Shown: positions 9,077-17,022, numbered from the stretch's first letter. The stretch is 30,217 nt of DNA from Leidyana gryllorum EB-2025a (GCA_048772705.1 JBLWGC010000013.1:1-30217); one strand, 5' to 3'. The notes: a model not told the origin generated them from the sequence alone. Numbers and translations are program-made.

Positions 9077-9078
9077 CG

Positions 9079-9678
9079 TGTTGTAACCCCAAGTCGCTAC
9101 TCGAGGGGAACGAGGCCCAGTTCTCATCTCTGCATACTTTCGACCACAAGTCAGACTTAGAACCAAGTTAGTATTTTTGCCGACAAGTCTACCACGAATA
9201 TGTCGCACACGACGGCGCAAAACAAGAACTACGACTTGTTGTACCAAGTGCAAAAGTTATCTTAGGCCGCCTCTTGCCTAGTCCAACTCTGACTTAGCCA
9301 ACCTGCTTGCGTGTGTCTCTCGCTCTGGTGTCTCTCTCACTCCACCCATGTGCCAGTCGCTTGCACTCTTGCGGAGCCTCGCGCTGGACACACACGGTAG
9401 TTCTCCCCGACACCACACTCTGATCATTCATGTGAGTGTCTGCACAGTTACACTGTTGCAGAGAGCTCAGACCACTAGGGTGCATTTGCCTTTACGCTTT
9501 AGTAGTAGTTGCTTTACGTTCGTTAATAATGCCTTTCACCATCTTATACATGCCCCTATATAAGTGCCAAATATGTAGGGAAGTATCCAGATGGATGTTA
9601 ATTCGATTGGGAATTTCACCAAGTCGAATCTGGCCACCCGATAGGAAGTTGACCATCAGGCAAACACGAACTACAACA
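9079..9678 (-). repeat. 5' LTR (600 bp)
   Basis: 7-bp terminal inverted repeat TGTTGTA...TACAACA; bounded by the PBS and the TSD. Confidence 0.9.
9556..9563 (-). promoter_or_regulatory. Candidate LTR TATA box (TTATATAG)
   Basis: TATA-like motif ~115 nt into the 5' LTR in element orientation; called from motif and position only. Confidence 0.5.
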
Positions 9679-9683
9679 GTCCT
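9679..9683. repeat. Target-site duplication GTCCT (right)
   Basis: Matches 2861-2865. Confidence 0.92.
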
Positions 9684-9733
9684 CACTTTTTCGTGAAACC
9701 TCGCCACTTCTCTTGGTCTGCGGGACCTTCGCC

Positions 9734-9806
9734 GCAGCCATGATCTAGTGGTCACCACGTTTGCTTAACACGCAGAAGGTCCCGAGTTCGATCCTCGGTG
9801 GCTGTA
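9734..9806 (+). pseudogene. tRNA-Val(AAC), D-arm damaged
   Basis: GCAGCCA/TGGCTGT acceptor, loop TTAACAC; D stem mispaired compared with 28402. Confidence 0.8.
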
Positions 9807-10027
9807 GCTCGCAACTTTCAGCGACACCCAAATGAGACAATCTTAAGCGCAATCAACTGTGCTCTGAAACCAAGCATCGAATCCGGGTATTCCGCGTGAC
9901 AGGCGGAAATACTGACCAGACTTTTGGGGTTGAAGTCCGGCGCGTTGACGAGCGTCCGAGATGAAATAGTTCTTTCTCGAGACTTCACGGGCACAAAACA
10001 TGCCATGTGGCGAGCCAAGAACACGGC

Positions 10028-10107
10028 GGCAAGATGGCCGGGTGGTCTGAAGCGCTGTGTTCAGGCCGCAGTTCTAAATCGCGTGGGCTCTAATCTCACG
10101 CTTGTCA
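10028..10107 (+). pseudogene. tRNA-Leu(CAG) pseudogene
   Basis: Homolog of the other Leu(CAG) copies; T loop CTCTAAT degraded. Confidence 0.8.
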
Positions 10108-10179
10108 TGCATACTATGTCAAAAACCACGGAATGCTATGACGTCTGCACAGCGGGCGACTAGCTCAACGCTGGATTGT

Positions 10180-10250
10180 GCATCTGTGGTCTAGTGGTAG
10201 AATGTCTCGTTGCCACCGAGACGACCCAGGTTCGATTCCCGACAGACGCA
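10180..10250 (+). pseudogene. tRNA-Gly(GCC), degenerate
   Basis: Mismatches in T and acceptor stems compared with 153-223. Confidence 0.8.
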
Positions 10251-10394
10251 GGAGGCACGCCTCAAACCGCCGTGGCAAATTAACAGAAACGCTAACAAGC
10301 TTGGTCGGCACGAGGCCGGGGCATTCTGACACTTGATGTAACAACCCCCTGACATAGAATCGAATGCGAGTTACGCGGTGGCACGGCGGTGATC

Positions 10395-10468
10395 GCTCCC
10401 CTAGCTCAGCTGGTTAGAGCATCGGCCTTATGTGCCGAAGGTCGAGGGTTCGATCCCCCCGGGGAGCA
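10395..10468 (+). tRNA. tRNA-Ile(TAT), intronless
   Basis: GCTCCCC/GGGGAGC; TCGGC-CTTATGT-GCCGA; one T-stem mismatch. Confidence 0.85.
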
Positions 10469-10886
10469 AATCCACCCAATGACAGCCGAACGCGACCGCC
10501 GAGTACTCCAGCATTTGACACCTATGAGTGCCCTAGCCGGGCAGGCCGACCAGGAGGCTGTTTGACCTTCAGGTATCATTCTCCCTCGCTTGGAAGAACG
10601 TTGCAAGTGGGTGTTGTAGCTCAGTCGGCAGAGTCTACCCCCTAACCACTCGGGCAAGTTGCCACCTCCAACTGGGCATCTTGCGCCCAGTGCCGTCACA
10701 TACGGTTCAGCAAGCTCGACTCGGACGTCTCGCGCTGCCCGAACCTGCGGTCTCCCCTTGCGCTCTACCGACGGACTTGGGGCGGCGACGAAGCTCGGAC
10801 TTAGTAACAAATTCCATTCGTATTGATCGTTGAATCTTGGGCCTTCCTCGGGTACAGGGCGAAGCTGTATCAGAGATGCACTCACT

Positions 10887-10960
10887 TGGTCACGCCCGGA
10901 CTCCAACCGGGGACTCAGAACTTATTAGGCTCACGCTATGGCCGCCTGAAATACGCGACC
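10887..10960 (-). pseudogene. tRNA-Ile(AAT) pseudogene
   Basis: Loop CTAATAA and GGTCGCG/CGTGACC acceptor; D and T loops degraded. Confidence 0.65.
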
Positions 10961-11204
10961 GCTTCAGAGTTGAGGTCAACAGTCACTAGCCGAAGGAGCC
11001 GACTGATGTGTTCAGCAAAGCCTTATGATTGGTACTGAACCGGCCACTCCGACCTTCGTCCACCCCGCCAAGCAGTCATTCCAAAGGCAAATACTGACAT
11101 CGAGAAGGGGGTGTACCTACACCACTAACAGTCCCGCACGGGAATCCCGACCGAAGGTGCGCTGGTCCGGATGGCTGTACCGACTCTTTTAGGATGGGCT
11201 GAAT

Positions 11205-11276
11205 GGTTGCGTGGTGTAGTGGTTAGCACTGGAGACTTTGAATCTCCCGACCTGGGTTCGATTCCCGGCGCGACCT
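11205..11276 (+). tRNA. tRNA-Gln(TTG)
   Basis: GGTTGCG/CGCGACC; GGAGA-CTTTGAA-TCTCC. Confidence 0.95.
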
Positions 11277-11338
11277 TGGAACTGGTCCTCACTACTTCGT
11301 GAAACTTCGCTATCCCTTGGGCTGCGGGGACCATCCGT

Positions 11339-11387
11339 GCAGCCATGGTCTAGCGGTTACGACGTAGTTCGATCCTCCGTGGCTGTA
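11339..11387 (+). pseudogene. tRNA-Val pseudogene lacking the anticodon arm
   Basis: Val 5' and 3' ends joined with ~24 nt deleted. Confidence 0.8.
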
Positions 11388-11422
11388 GCTTGCAACTTTC
11401 AGCGGCAACCAAAAGAGACAAT

Positions 11423-11494
11423 CTGCGACACCGGGCATCGAACCCGGATCTTCCGCGTGACAGGCAGAAGTCCTGACCACTACTTTATCTCGGA
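11423..11494 (-). pseudogene. tRNA-Asp(GTC), degenerate
   Basis: Multiple stem mismatches compared with 2221-2292. Confidence 0.8.
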
Positions 11495-11588
11495 CGCTCG
11501 TCAACGCGCCGGACTTCAACCGCGAAAGTCTTCCTTCTCGAAACTTCACGGACAAAAAACGCGTGGAGCGACGAACCAACAAGACTGC

Positions 11589-11671
11589 GGCAAGATGGCC
11601 GAGTGGTCTAAGGCTCTGTGTTCAGGCCGCAGTCCGAAAGGGCGTGGGTTCGAATCCCACTCTTGTTGTCA
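11589..11671 (+). tRNA. tRNA-Leu(CAG) with 3-nt duplication at the 3' end (possibly non-functional)
   Basis: CTGTG-TTCAGGC-CGCAG; ends TCTTGTTGTCA versus TCTTGTCA in paralogs. Confidence 0.7.
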
Positions 11672-11729
11672 GCCGTTGTATTGTATTGGTAAGTAGTCCC
11701 CTCTCGATGTCGTTCGAGCTACATACGGC

Positions 11730-11800
11730 TGCACCTGCCGGGACTCGAACCCGGGTTACGACCTTGGAAGGGTCGCATCTTACCCTTAGACCACAAGTGC
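11730..11800 (-). tRNA. tRNA-Gly(TCC)
   Basis: GCACTTG/CAGGTGC; CGACC-CTTCCAA-GGTCG. Confidence 0.95.
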
Positions 11801-11950
11801 AATTGCGAAAGAGTTGCAGCACCCCGAGACACTCGGGCGATTTCTGCGCGCCACCGTCCGCCATACACCCAAAATTGTCCACCGACTTCAAACTCATTGG
11901 CATGTGGTCAGGGATGGATTTCCAACATCTTCAACCTTCAGGTCATCTTT

Positions 11951-12022
11951 AGGGCACGCGCGGAGTTGAACCACGGACTTGCTGATCTGCAGTCAGCTGC
12001 TCTACCACTGAGCTACGTACCC
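11951..12022 (-). tRNA. tRNA-Cys(GCA)
   Basis: GGGTACG/CGTGCCC, U73; GCTGA-CTGCAGA-TCAGC. Confidence 0.95.
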
Positions 12023-12118
12023 ACAAAACACCCGTCATACTCGCTCAACTCGATTTTGTCTTCTCGTTTGATGCAAAACGGCCGTTATTGTGCACGAGCT
12101 TGAACAACAACGAGTCAT

Positions 12119-12189
12119 GAATCTGTGGTCTAGTGGTAGAATGTCTCGTTGCCATCGAGACGACCCGGGTTCGATTCCCGGCACATGCA
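12119..12189 (+). pseudogene. tRNA-Gly(GCC), acceptor stem damaged
   Basis: GAATCTG/CACATGC has two mismatches. Confidence 0.8.
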
Positions 12190-12322
12190 GAAGACACATG
12201 ATTGTTTTCCCACCCTTCCAGGGATTCACGCTTGAGTTGGTGTTTGACCCCTCCAACCACATCGCACGACAACTGCTGGATTTGAACGCAACTTGTCCCA
12301 TCGGGTGAACCGACGACCAAGA

Positions 12323-12389
12323 GGGCTGTGCTGGGAATCGAACCAGGACTCCACCCTGAGGAGGGGTCATAGCACTAGACCAAACAGCC
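12323..12389 (-). pseudogene. tRNA-Pro pseudogene (AGG-like)
   Basis: Pro body with deletions. Confidence 0.75.
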
Positions 12390-12530
12390 CATCGGTCCGT
12401 GGTGCAAATGGCTGGTACAGTCGAGAGACTGGTCATAATATGTCAAGAACCACTAAATGCTATGGGGTCTGCACAGCGGAATGATATAGCACAGCCACGA
12501 CCGATGGAGTTGATGCCCGATCACATAACA

Positions 12531-12612
12531 CGACAACTGCTGGATTCGAACCAGCGCGGGCCAGGCCCAATAGACTTCTAGACTAACCCCTTAACCACTC
12601 GGGCAAGCTGCT
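12531..12612 (-). pseudogene. tRNA-Ser(AGA), degenerate
   Basis: Anticodon stem mispaired (TTAGT/TCTAT). Confidence 0.8.
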
Positions 12613-12829
12613 ACCTGTCGAATTCGACATGTCGCGGAAGTGACCAAATACCCCCATGTTCAGCCTGGCCTGCGGCATTGATAGATGTCTAAACTGACCT
12701 CTCGCGTGCAAAGTCACCGCTCTACCACTTGAGATTGCCGCCGACCCGCCAAACCTAGGTGAACTTCCAATCTGAGACCGACTCACAGTTCTCTGGCGCC
12801 TCATTCGTCAGTGCAACTGTTGTGACTCG

Positions 12830-12901
12830 TCCACTGTAGTCTAAGTGGCTAGGATATGCGGCTCTCACCCGCACGATCCGGGTTCAAGTCCGACAGTGGA
12901 A
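12830..12901 (+). pseudogene. tRNA-Glu(CTC), T stem damaged
   Basis: CCGA in place of CCCGG. Confidence 0.8.
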
Positions 12902-12977
12902 GTCATTGGACTATTCGAGCAAAGTGCTTCAGTAACCTCCGTCAATAGTGACTGACTCGTGATCTTCGGCTTGCATT

Positions 12978-13049
12978 GCCTTCTTAGCTTAGGGGCAGAG
13001 CATTCGCTTAGTAAGCGAAAGGTCGCCGGTTCGTTTCCGGCAGGAGGCT
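12978..13049 (+). tRNA. tRNA-Thr(AGT), A58->T variant
   Basis: Cloverleaf intact, T loop TTCGTTT. Confidence 0.7.
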
Positions 13050-13140
13050 CGACTGCATCGACTGGGCACCTGCAAAGCTGAACCACTAGCTCAACGCAGA
13101 CTGCGGCCGAGTCTCGGGGTGCTGAAGCTCTTTCTCGAGT

Positions 13141-13211
13141 GCACTTGTGGTCCAAGGGTAGGATGCGAGCTTCCCATGCTCGCAGCCCGGGTTCGAGTCC
13201 CGGCAGGTGCA
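13141..13211 (+). tRNA. tRNA-Gly(CCC)
   Basis: CGAGC-TTCCCAT-GCTCG; intact stems. Confidence 0.95.
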
Positions 13212-13286
13212 GCCGATGGTACAGACTTGACCATGGCTGCAGCAATATTTTCAACCGGGGCGAAGAGCAATGCACTTTAGACTGCT

Positions 13287-13358
13287 TGTCCGAGCCAGGA
13301 ATCGAGCCTAGGTTTGCACGGCCACAACGTGCTGTCCTAACCACTAGACGACTCGGAC
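13287..13358 (-). tRNA. tRNA-His(GTG)
   Basis: GTCCGAG/CTCGGAC; GCACG-TTGTGGC-CGTGC; T loop CTCGATT. Confidence 0.88.
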
Positions 13359-13425
13359 AATCGTTGAGCGAGGCTGTAGAGGTAGCGAAGCATCGATCAG
13401 GATGGAATGAAGTTCACTCCTCAAC

Positions 13426-13504
13426 TCCCGGCGGACGGAATTTGCTCGTCGAATATTTGATGCCACCACTACAATCACATGCGTTGCCATCTAAGCAACT
13501 CGGG
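13426..13504 (-). pseudogene. tRNA-Tyr(GTA) pseudogene with 7-nt intron remnant
   Basis: TTGTAG-TGGTGGC-ATCA; homolog of 15988-16067. Confidence 0.7.
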
Positions 13505-13599
13505 CCGTAAGATTACTCCGCGGCGGTACACCGCACCCAGAACGACATCGACGTCGCAACGGAAGCCATTAACACTCTGGAACTCAGAATGAAAGTAAC

Positions 13600-13683
13600 G
13601 CACAGATGCCCGAGTGGTCTGAGGGGCCAGACTCAAGTTCTGGTAGGCGCAAGTCTGCATGGGTTCGAATCCCATTCTGTGCA
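13600..13683 (+). tRNA. tRNA-Leu(CAA), intronless
   Basis: GCACAGA/TCTGTGC; CCAGA-CTCAAGT-TCTGG; long variable arm. Confidence 0.92.
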
Positions 13684-13957
13684 ACGGCGATCATCCCAAA
13701 AAAAAGCTGGAAAAGGCCACAGTCGGTTGCATGCACCCGAGTATTCGGCTGTTGCTCTGCTGGTATGATCCTTCCTCAGAGTGGAAGGAGTCCTGGGTTC
13801 GATTCCAGAACAGCCCTATTGGTCGTCGTTTGACTTGACCGGACATGTTGCCCTCAGAATCAACACAGCCACCTCGTTAGCCCGCTTCGGTGGGGCAGTC
13901 AGGGCAACTAACATCTCGAAAATCACATTTCGGCTACCTCTTCCATGTTGCAGACTG

Positions 13958-14029
13958 AGCAGTGTAGCTCAGTGGAAGAGTGTTAGGCTCATAACGCAAA
14001 GGTCCGTCGATCGAAACGACGCACTGCTA
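13958..14029 (+). pseudogene. Initiator tRNA-Met(CAT), anticodon stem damaged
   Basis: A1:U72 and T loop ATCGAAA are initiator hallmarks; TTAGG/CGCAA mispaired. Confidence 0.82.
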
Positions 14030-14077
14030 AGTGTGCGCAGAAGGGAACAGTTGCAGGATAGATTGGCTCGTGAGCCA

Positions 14078-14148
14078 AGCCTGCTGCCCGAATCGAACCG
14101 GCGACCTTTCACTTACTAAGCGAATGCTCTGCCCCAAGCTAAAAAGGC
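14078..14148 (-). pseudogene. tRNA-Thr(AGT), degenerate
   Basis: Several stem mismatches. Confidence 0.78.
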
Positions 14149-14279
14149 AATGTTAACTGGACATCACGGGTGAGGAGTCCCTATTGACGGAAGTTACTGA
14201 AGCACATTGTTCCACCACTCAACACTCCCACTGCTCCACCCACCGGCAAATAGGGTGTAACTAAGTTGAGAGCTTCCTT

Positions 14280-14352
14280 GCCGCCCTAGCTCAGTCGGTA
14301 GAGCGCAAGACTTTTAATCTTGCAGTCGCGGGTTCGAGCCCCGCGGGCGGTG
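14280..14352 (+). tRNA. tRNA-Lys(TTT)
   Basis: GCCGCCC/GGGCGGT; CAAGA-CTTTTAA-TCTTG. Confidence 0.95.
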
Positions 14353-14414
14353 TGGATCTCTATTTCCCTGGAAGTAAGAATGGAACTGTTGCCTACAAGC
14401 ACATTCAGCTGGAT

Positions 14415-14481
14415 TTCCACTGCTGGGACTTGAACCCGGATCGTGCGGGCCGCATATCCTAGCCACTTAGTCTACAGTGGA
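14415..14481 (-). pseudogene. tRNA-Glu pseudogene with anticodon loop deleted
   Basis: 6-nt deletion compared with 22061-22133. Confidence 0.82.
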
Positions 14482-14603
14482 CAACTCCCTCAGCTGCAGC
14501 TTTCGCCGAGAGCCGTACCCTCTTGCAAGACGTGGTCTGTCGGGTGCACCTACAACAAAGGTTGCAGAATCCTGCGGTAGAAAGAGGAGGGTCTCTCTAG
14601 CTG

Positions 14604-14676
14604 GGTCTTGTAGCTCACTCGGCAGAGCGTGTGGCTGTTAACCACAAAGTCGCAGGTTCGAAACCTGCCAGGACCG
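14604..14676 (+). tRNA. tRNA-Asn(GTT)
   Basis: GGTCTTG/CAGGACC; TGTGG-CTGTTAA-CCACA; G15->C variant. Confidence 0.85.
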
Positions 14677-14771
14677 TTTCAGAGGCACCCCAGACACTGA
14701 CTGCCCTGCTCTCGCACTTGTGGTCTGCGACCCTTCAGAGTGACTCCCGCCACGTGCAGCCGTACGTACTT

Positions 14772-14844
14772 TGGACGACCTGGGCATCGATCCCAGTATC
14801 TCCCGCATGTTAAGCGAGTGCTATATCATTTGAGCTAGTCGCCC
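14772..14844 (-). pseudogene. tRNA-Ala-derived copy with anticodon AAC
   Basis: Ala acceptor retaining G3:U70; loop TTAACAT; D arm damaged. Confidence 0.8.
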
Positions 14845-14928
14845 GCTGTGAGGACCCCATAGCATTTGGTGGTTCTTGACATTGACCAGTCTCCCGATTC
14901 TACCAGCAATTCGCACCACCGACCAGTC

Positions 14929-14999
14929 GGCTGTTTGGTCTAGTGGTATGATCCTTCCTTGGGTGGAAGGAGTGCTGGGTTTGATTCCCAGAAAAGCCC
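14929..14999 (+). pseudogene. tRNA-Pro(TGG), degenerate
   Basis: 1-nt loop deletion; T loop TTTGATT. Confidence 0.78.
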
Positions 15000-15170
15000 T
15001 TTTGCTAGGCTCTGACGAGGGTTTAGGAGAGTTGATACCCCTGTCTCAAATAAGATAAGGAGTCTTTCGAACTCCGCCTACCACGTCCACTTGACAATTG
15101 TTGAATCGAACCAGCGATGCCTGGCGATATCACCGACTCAGGCGTCGCAGACAGTGAGGCTGTGGATTGT

Positions 15171-15243
15171 GCGGTGGTGGCGCAATGGATAGTGTGTTGC
15201 CCTCCGGAGGCAAAGGTTGTGGGTTCGAGTCCCGCCCACCGTT
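15171..15243 (+). tRNA. tRNA-Arg(CCG)
   Basis: GCGGTGG/CCACCGT; TTGCC-CTCCGGA-GGCAA. Confidence 0.88.
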
Positions 15244-15566
15244 CTCGTGGTCTCGCTCCACAGCGGAATCGGCAAGAGTGGCTGACATTCGGAGCCATGC
15301 AGACTTGCGGCATCCAAATTCGAGTTTGGCACCTCGGACCACTCCGCGATCTGTGCCGCAGTGTTGAGCTGGAGAGCTCGAAGTGCCACTGTTGAGGAAT
15401 TGAGGCGGAGAAAGTTCACTTGGGTTTGGCGGGTGGGCGGCTATTTCAAGTGGTAGAGAGGTGACTTTGCACGCCAAACGTGTAGGGGTCGATAGCCAGA
15501 TCGGGGAGCTCTTGAAGCAAAAAGACGCCTGTATCATCTGTATAAGTGTGTCCTCCTCCTGACGCT

Positions 15567-15637
15567 TAGCAGTGCGTCGTTTCGATCGACGAACCTTCCG
15601 GAATGAGCCCAACACTCTCCTACTGAGCCACGTTGCT
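15567..15637 (-). pseudogene. Initiator tRNA-Met pseudogene
   Basis: Homolog of 13958-14029; 3' side of the anticodon arm degraded. Confidence 0.78.
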
Positions 15638-15726
15638 CAGTGTCCAACATGAAAGAGGGGGCCGAAACGCGTGCTGTGCCGACTGCTCCCACAGTACTGG
15701 GGGCTGTAGCGAGATGGTGGGTTGTC

Positions 15727-15798
15727 GGCTGTTTGGTCTAGTGGTATGATTCTTCCTTTGGGTGGAAGAAGTCCTGGGTTCGATTCCCAGAACAGCCC
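15727..15798 (+). tRNA. tRNA-Pro(TGG)
   Basis: GGCTGTT/AACAGCC; CTTCC-TTTGGGT-GGAAG. Confidence 0.95.
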
Positions 15799-15987
15799 GT
15801 CTGTCAGTTGTTGACTTAATACGCTACGTCTCTTCAAGGTTGTCTAAGATATGCTGCTGCGACAGCTAAGACAAGATTTGAGTTGTATATGCATGGACTC
15901 TTCGCCAGATTCATTCCAATTGGCCCATCAACGATGTCTGCCAAAACCCATCAGGTTGAGTAGCAGTCTGCCAACCACCACTCTACT

Positions 15988-16067
15988 TCCGGTGGGACGG
16001 AATCGAACCGCCGACTACCTGATGCCAGCACCACAGTCAGATGCTCTACCAACTGAGCTACCCCCGG
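15988..16067 (-). tRNA. tRNA-Tyr-type gene with 7-nt intron (16024-16030); anticodon reads GTG (function uncertain)
   Basis: C1:G72 and A73; TCTGA-CTGTGG[TGCTGGC]A-TCAGG; 73+7 nt; one acceptor mismatch. Confidence 0.75.
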
Positions 16068-16231
16068 CCGTCCAACTGCTGCGAGGTTCGAAGGCTCAAC
16101 TTCGAGCACCCCGAAATCCGTGCCGTACTTCTGAGCTTGAGAGCGCTACTGTTGAGGGTCTGAGGGTGCCAGACTCGAGTTCCGGTAAGATTGCACGACC
16201 TGCGGTGTACCGCCCCGAAGTACTCTAACGG

Positions 16232-16310
16232 CCCGAGTTGCTTAGATGGCAACGCATCTGATGGTAGTGGTGGCATCAGATATTCGACGAGCAAATTCCG
16301 TCCCACCGGG
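16232..16310 (+). pseudogene. tRNA-Tyr(GTA) pseudogene with intron remnant
   Basis: TCTGA-TGGTAG-TGGTGGC-A-TCAGA; D and T arms degraded. Confidence 0.7.
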
Positions 16311-16387
16311 AGTTGAGGAGTGGACTTCTTACAACGCATTCCATCCTGATCGATGCTTCGCTACCTCTACAGTCTCGCTCAAAGATT

Positions 16388-16459
16388 GTCGGAGTCGTCT
16401 AGTGGTTAGGACAGCACGTTGTGGCCGTGCAAACCCAGGCTCGATTCCTGGCTCGGACC
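16388..16459 (+). tRNA. tRNA-His(GTG), one acceptor mismatch
   Basis: Homolog of 13287-13358. Confidence 0.72.
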
Positions 16460-16538
16460 AGCAGTTTAAAGTGCATTGCTCTTCGCCCCGGAATGTTGAA
16501 AATATCGTTGCAGCCATGGTCAAGTCTGTACGATCGGC

Positions 16539-16609
16539 TGCACCTGCCGGGACTCGAACCCGGACTGCGAGCATGGGAAGCTCGCATCCTACCCTTGGAC
16601 CACAAGTGC
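16539..16609 (-). tRNA. tRNA-Gly(CCC)
   Basis: One difference from 13141-13211. Confidence 0.92.
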
Positions 16610-16802
16610 ACTTGAGAAAGAGCTTCAGCACCCCGAGACTCGGCCGCAGTCTGCGTTGAGCTAGTGGGTGCCTCAGGTAGTGGCAGGTTCCAAACCTGCG
16701 ACTTCGTGGCTAAGAGACTTACACTCTGATGGCTGAGCTACGAGGCTCAGCTACGATGATTGGAGTTGCGATAAGCTTGCAGGTGCCCATTCGATGCAGT
16801 CG

Positions 16803-16874
16803 AGCCTTCTGCCGGAATCGAACCGGCGACCTTTCGCTTACTAAGCGAATGCTCTGCCCCTAAGCTAAGAAGGC
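16803..16874 (-). tRNA. tRNA-Thr(AGT)
   Basis: Intact cloverleaf. Confidence 0.94.
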
Positions 16875-16949
16875 AGTACAGGCGAAGATCACGAATCAGT
16901 CACTATTGACGGAGATTACTGGAGCACTTTGCTCGAGTAGTTCAATGAC

Positions 16950-17022
16950 TTCCACTGCGGAGACTTGAATCCGGATCGTGCGGGTGAGAGCCGCATATCT
17001 TAGCCACTTAGACTACAGTGGA
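16950..17022 (-). pseudogene. tRNA-Glu(CTC), T stem broken
   Basis: CCGGA/CTCCG mispaired. Confidence 0.8.

Larger units (their letters stand above)
2866..9678 (-). mobile_element. Ty3/gypsy LTR retrotransposon with chromodomain (chromovirus-type)
   Basis: TG...CA ends, 5-bp TSD, two LTRs, PBS, PPT, gag plus pol in PR-RT-RH-IN-CHD order. Confidence 0.97.
10958..13696 (+). repeat. Left arm of ~2.74 kb near-perfect inverted repeat
   Basis: Reverse complement of 25012-27750 (coordinate sum 38708 throughout); the ORF tracks mirror each other; four mismatches seen by eye. Confidence 0.96.

Noticed and set aside
8876-9253. 125-aa ORF upstream of gag (and the 109-aa ORF at 6655-6984) as extra element genes
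   Set aside because: Non-ATG starts and no recognisable motifs. The first straddles the LTR/PBS and the second is an alternative frame over the gag-pol junction.
9331-9350. CTCTCACTCCACCCA as a possible tRNA-Met PBS
   Set aside because: Imperfect match and not adjacent to an LTR terminal repeat. The Phe match at 9064-9076 is exact and sits 2 nt from TGTTGTA.
10988-11060. tRNA-sized segment with GACGAAG/CTTCGGC end pairing
   Set aside because: No convincing D, anticodon or T arms. It may be a very old remnant but cannot be assigned.
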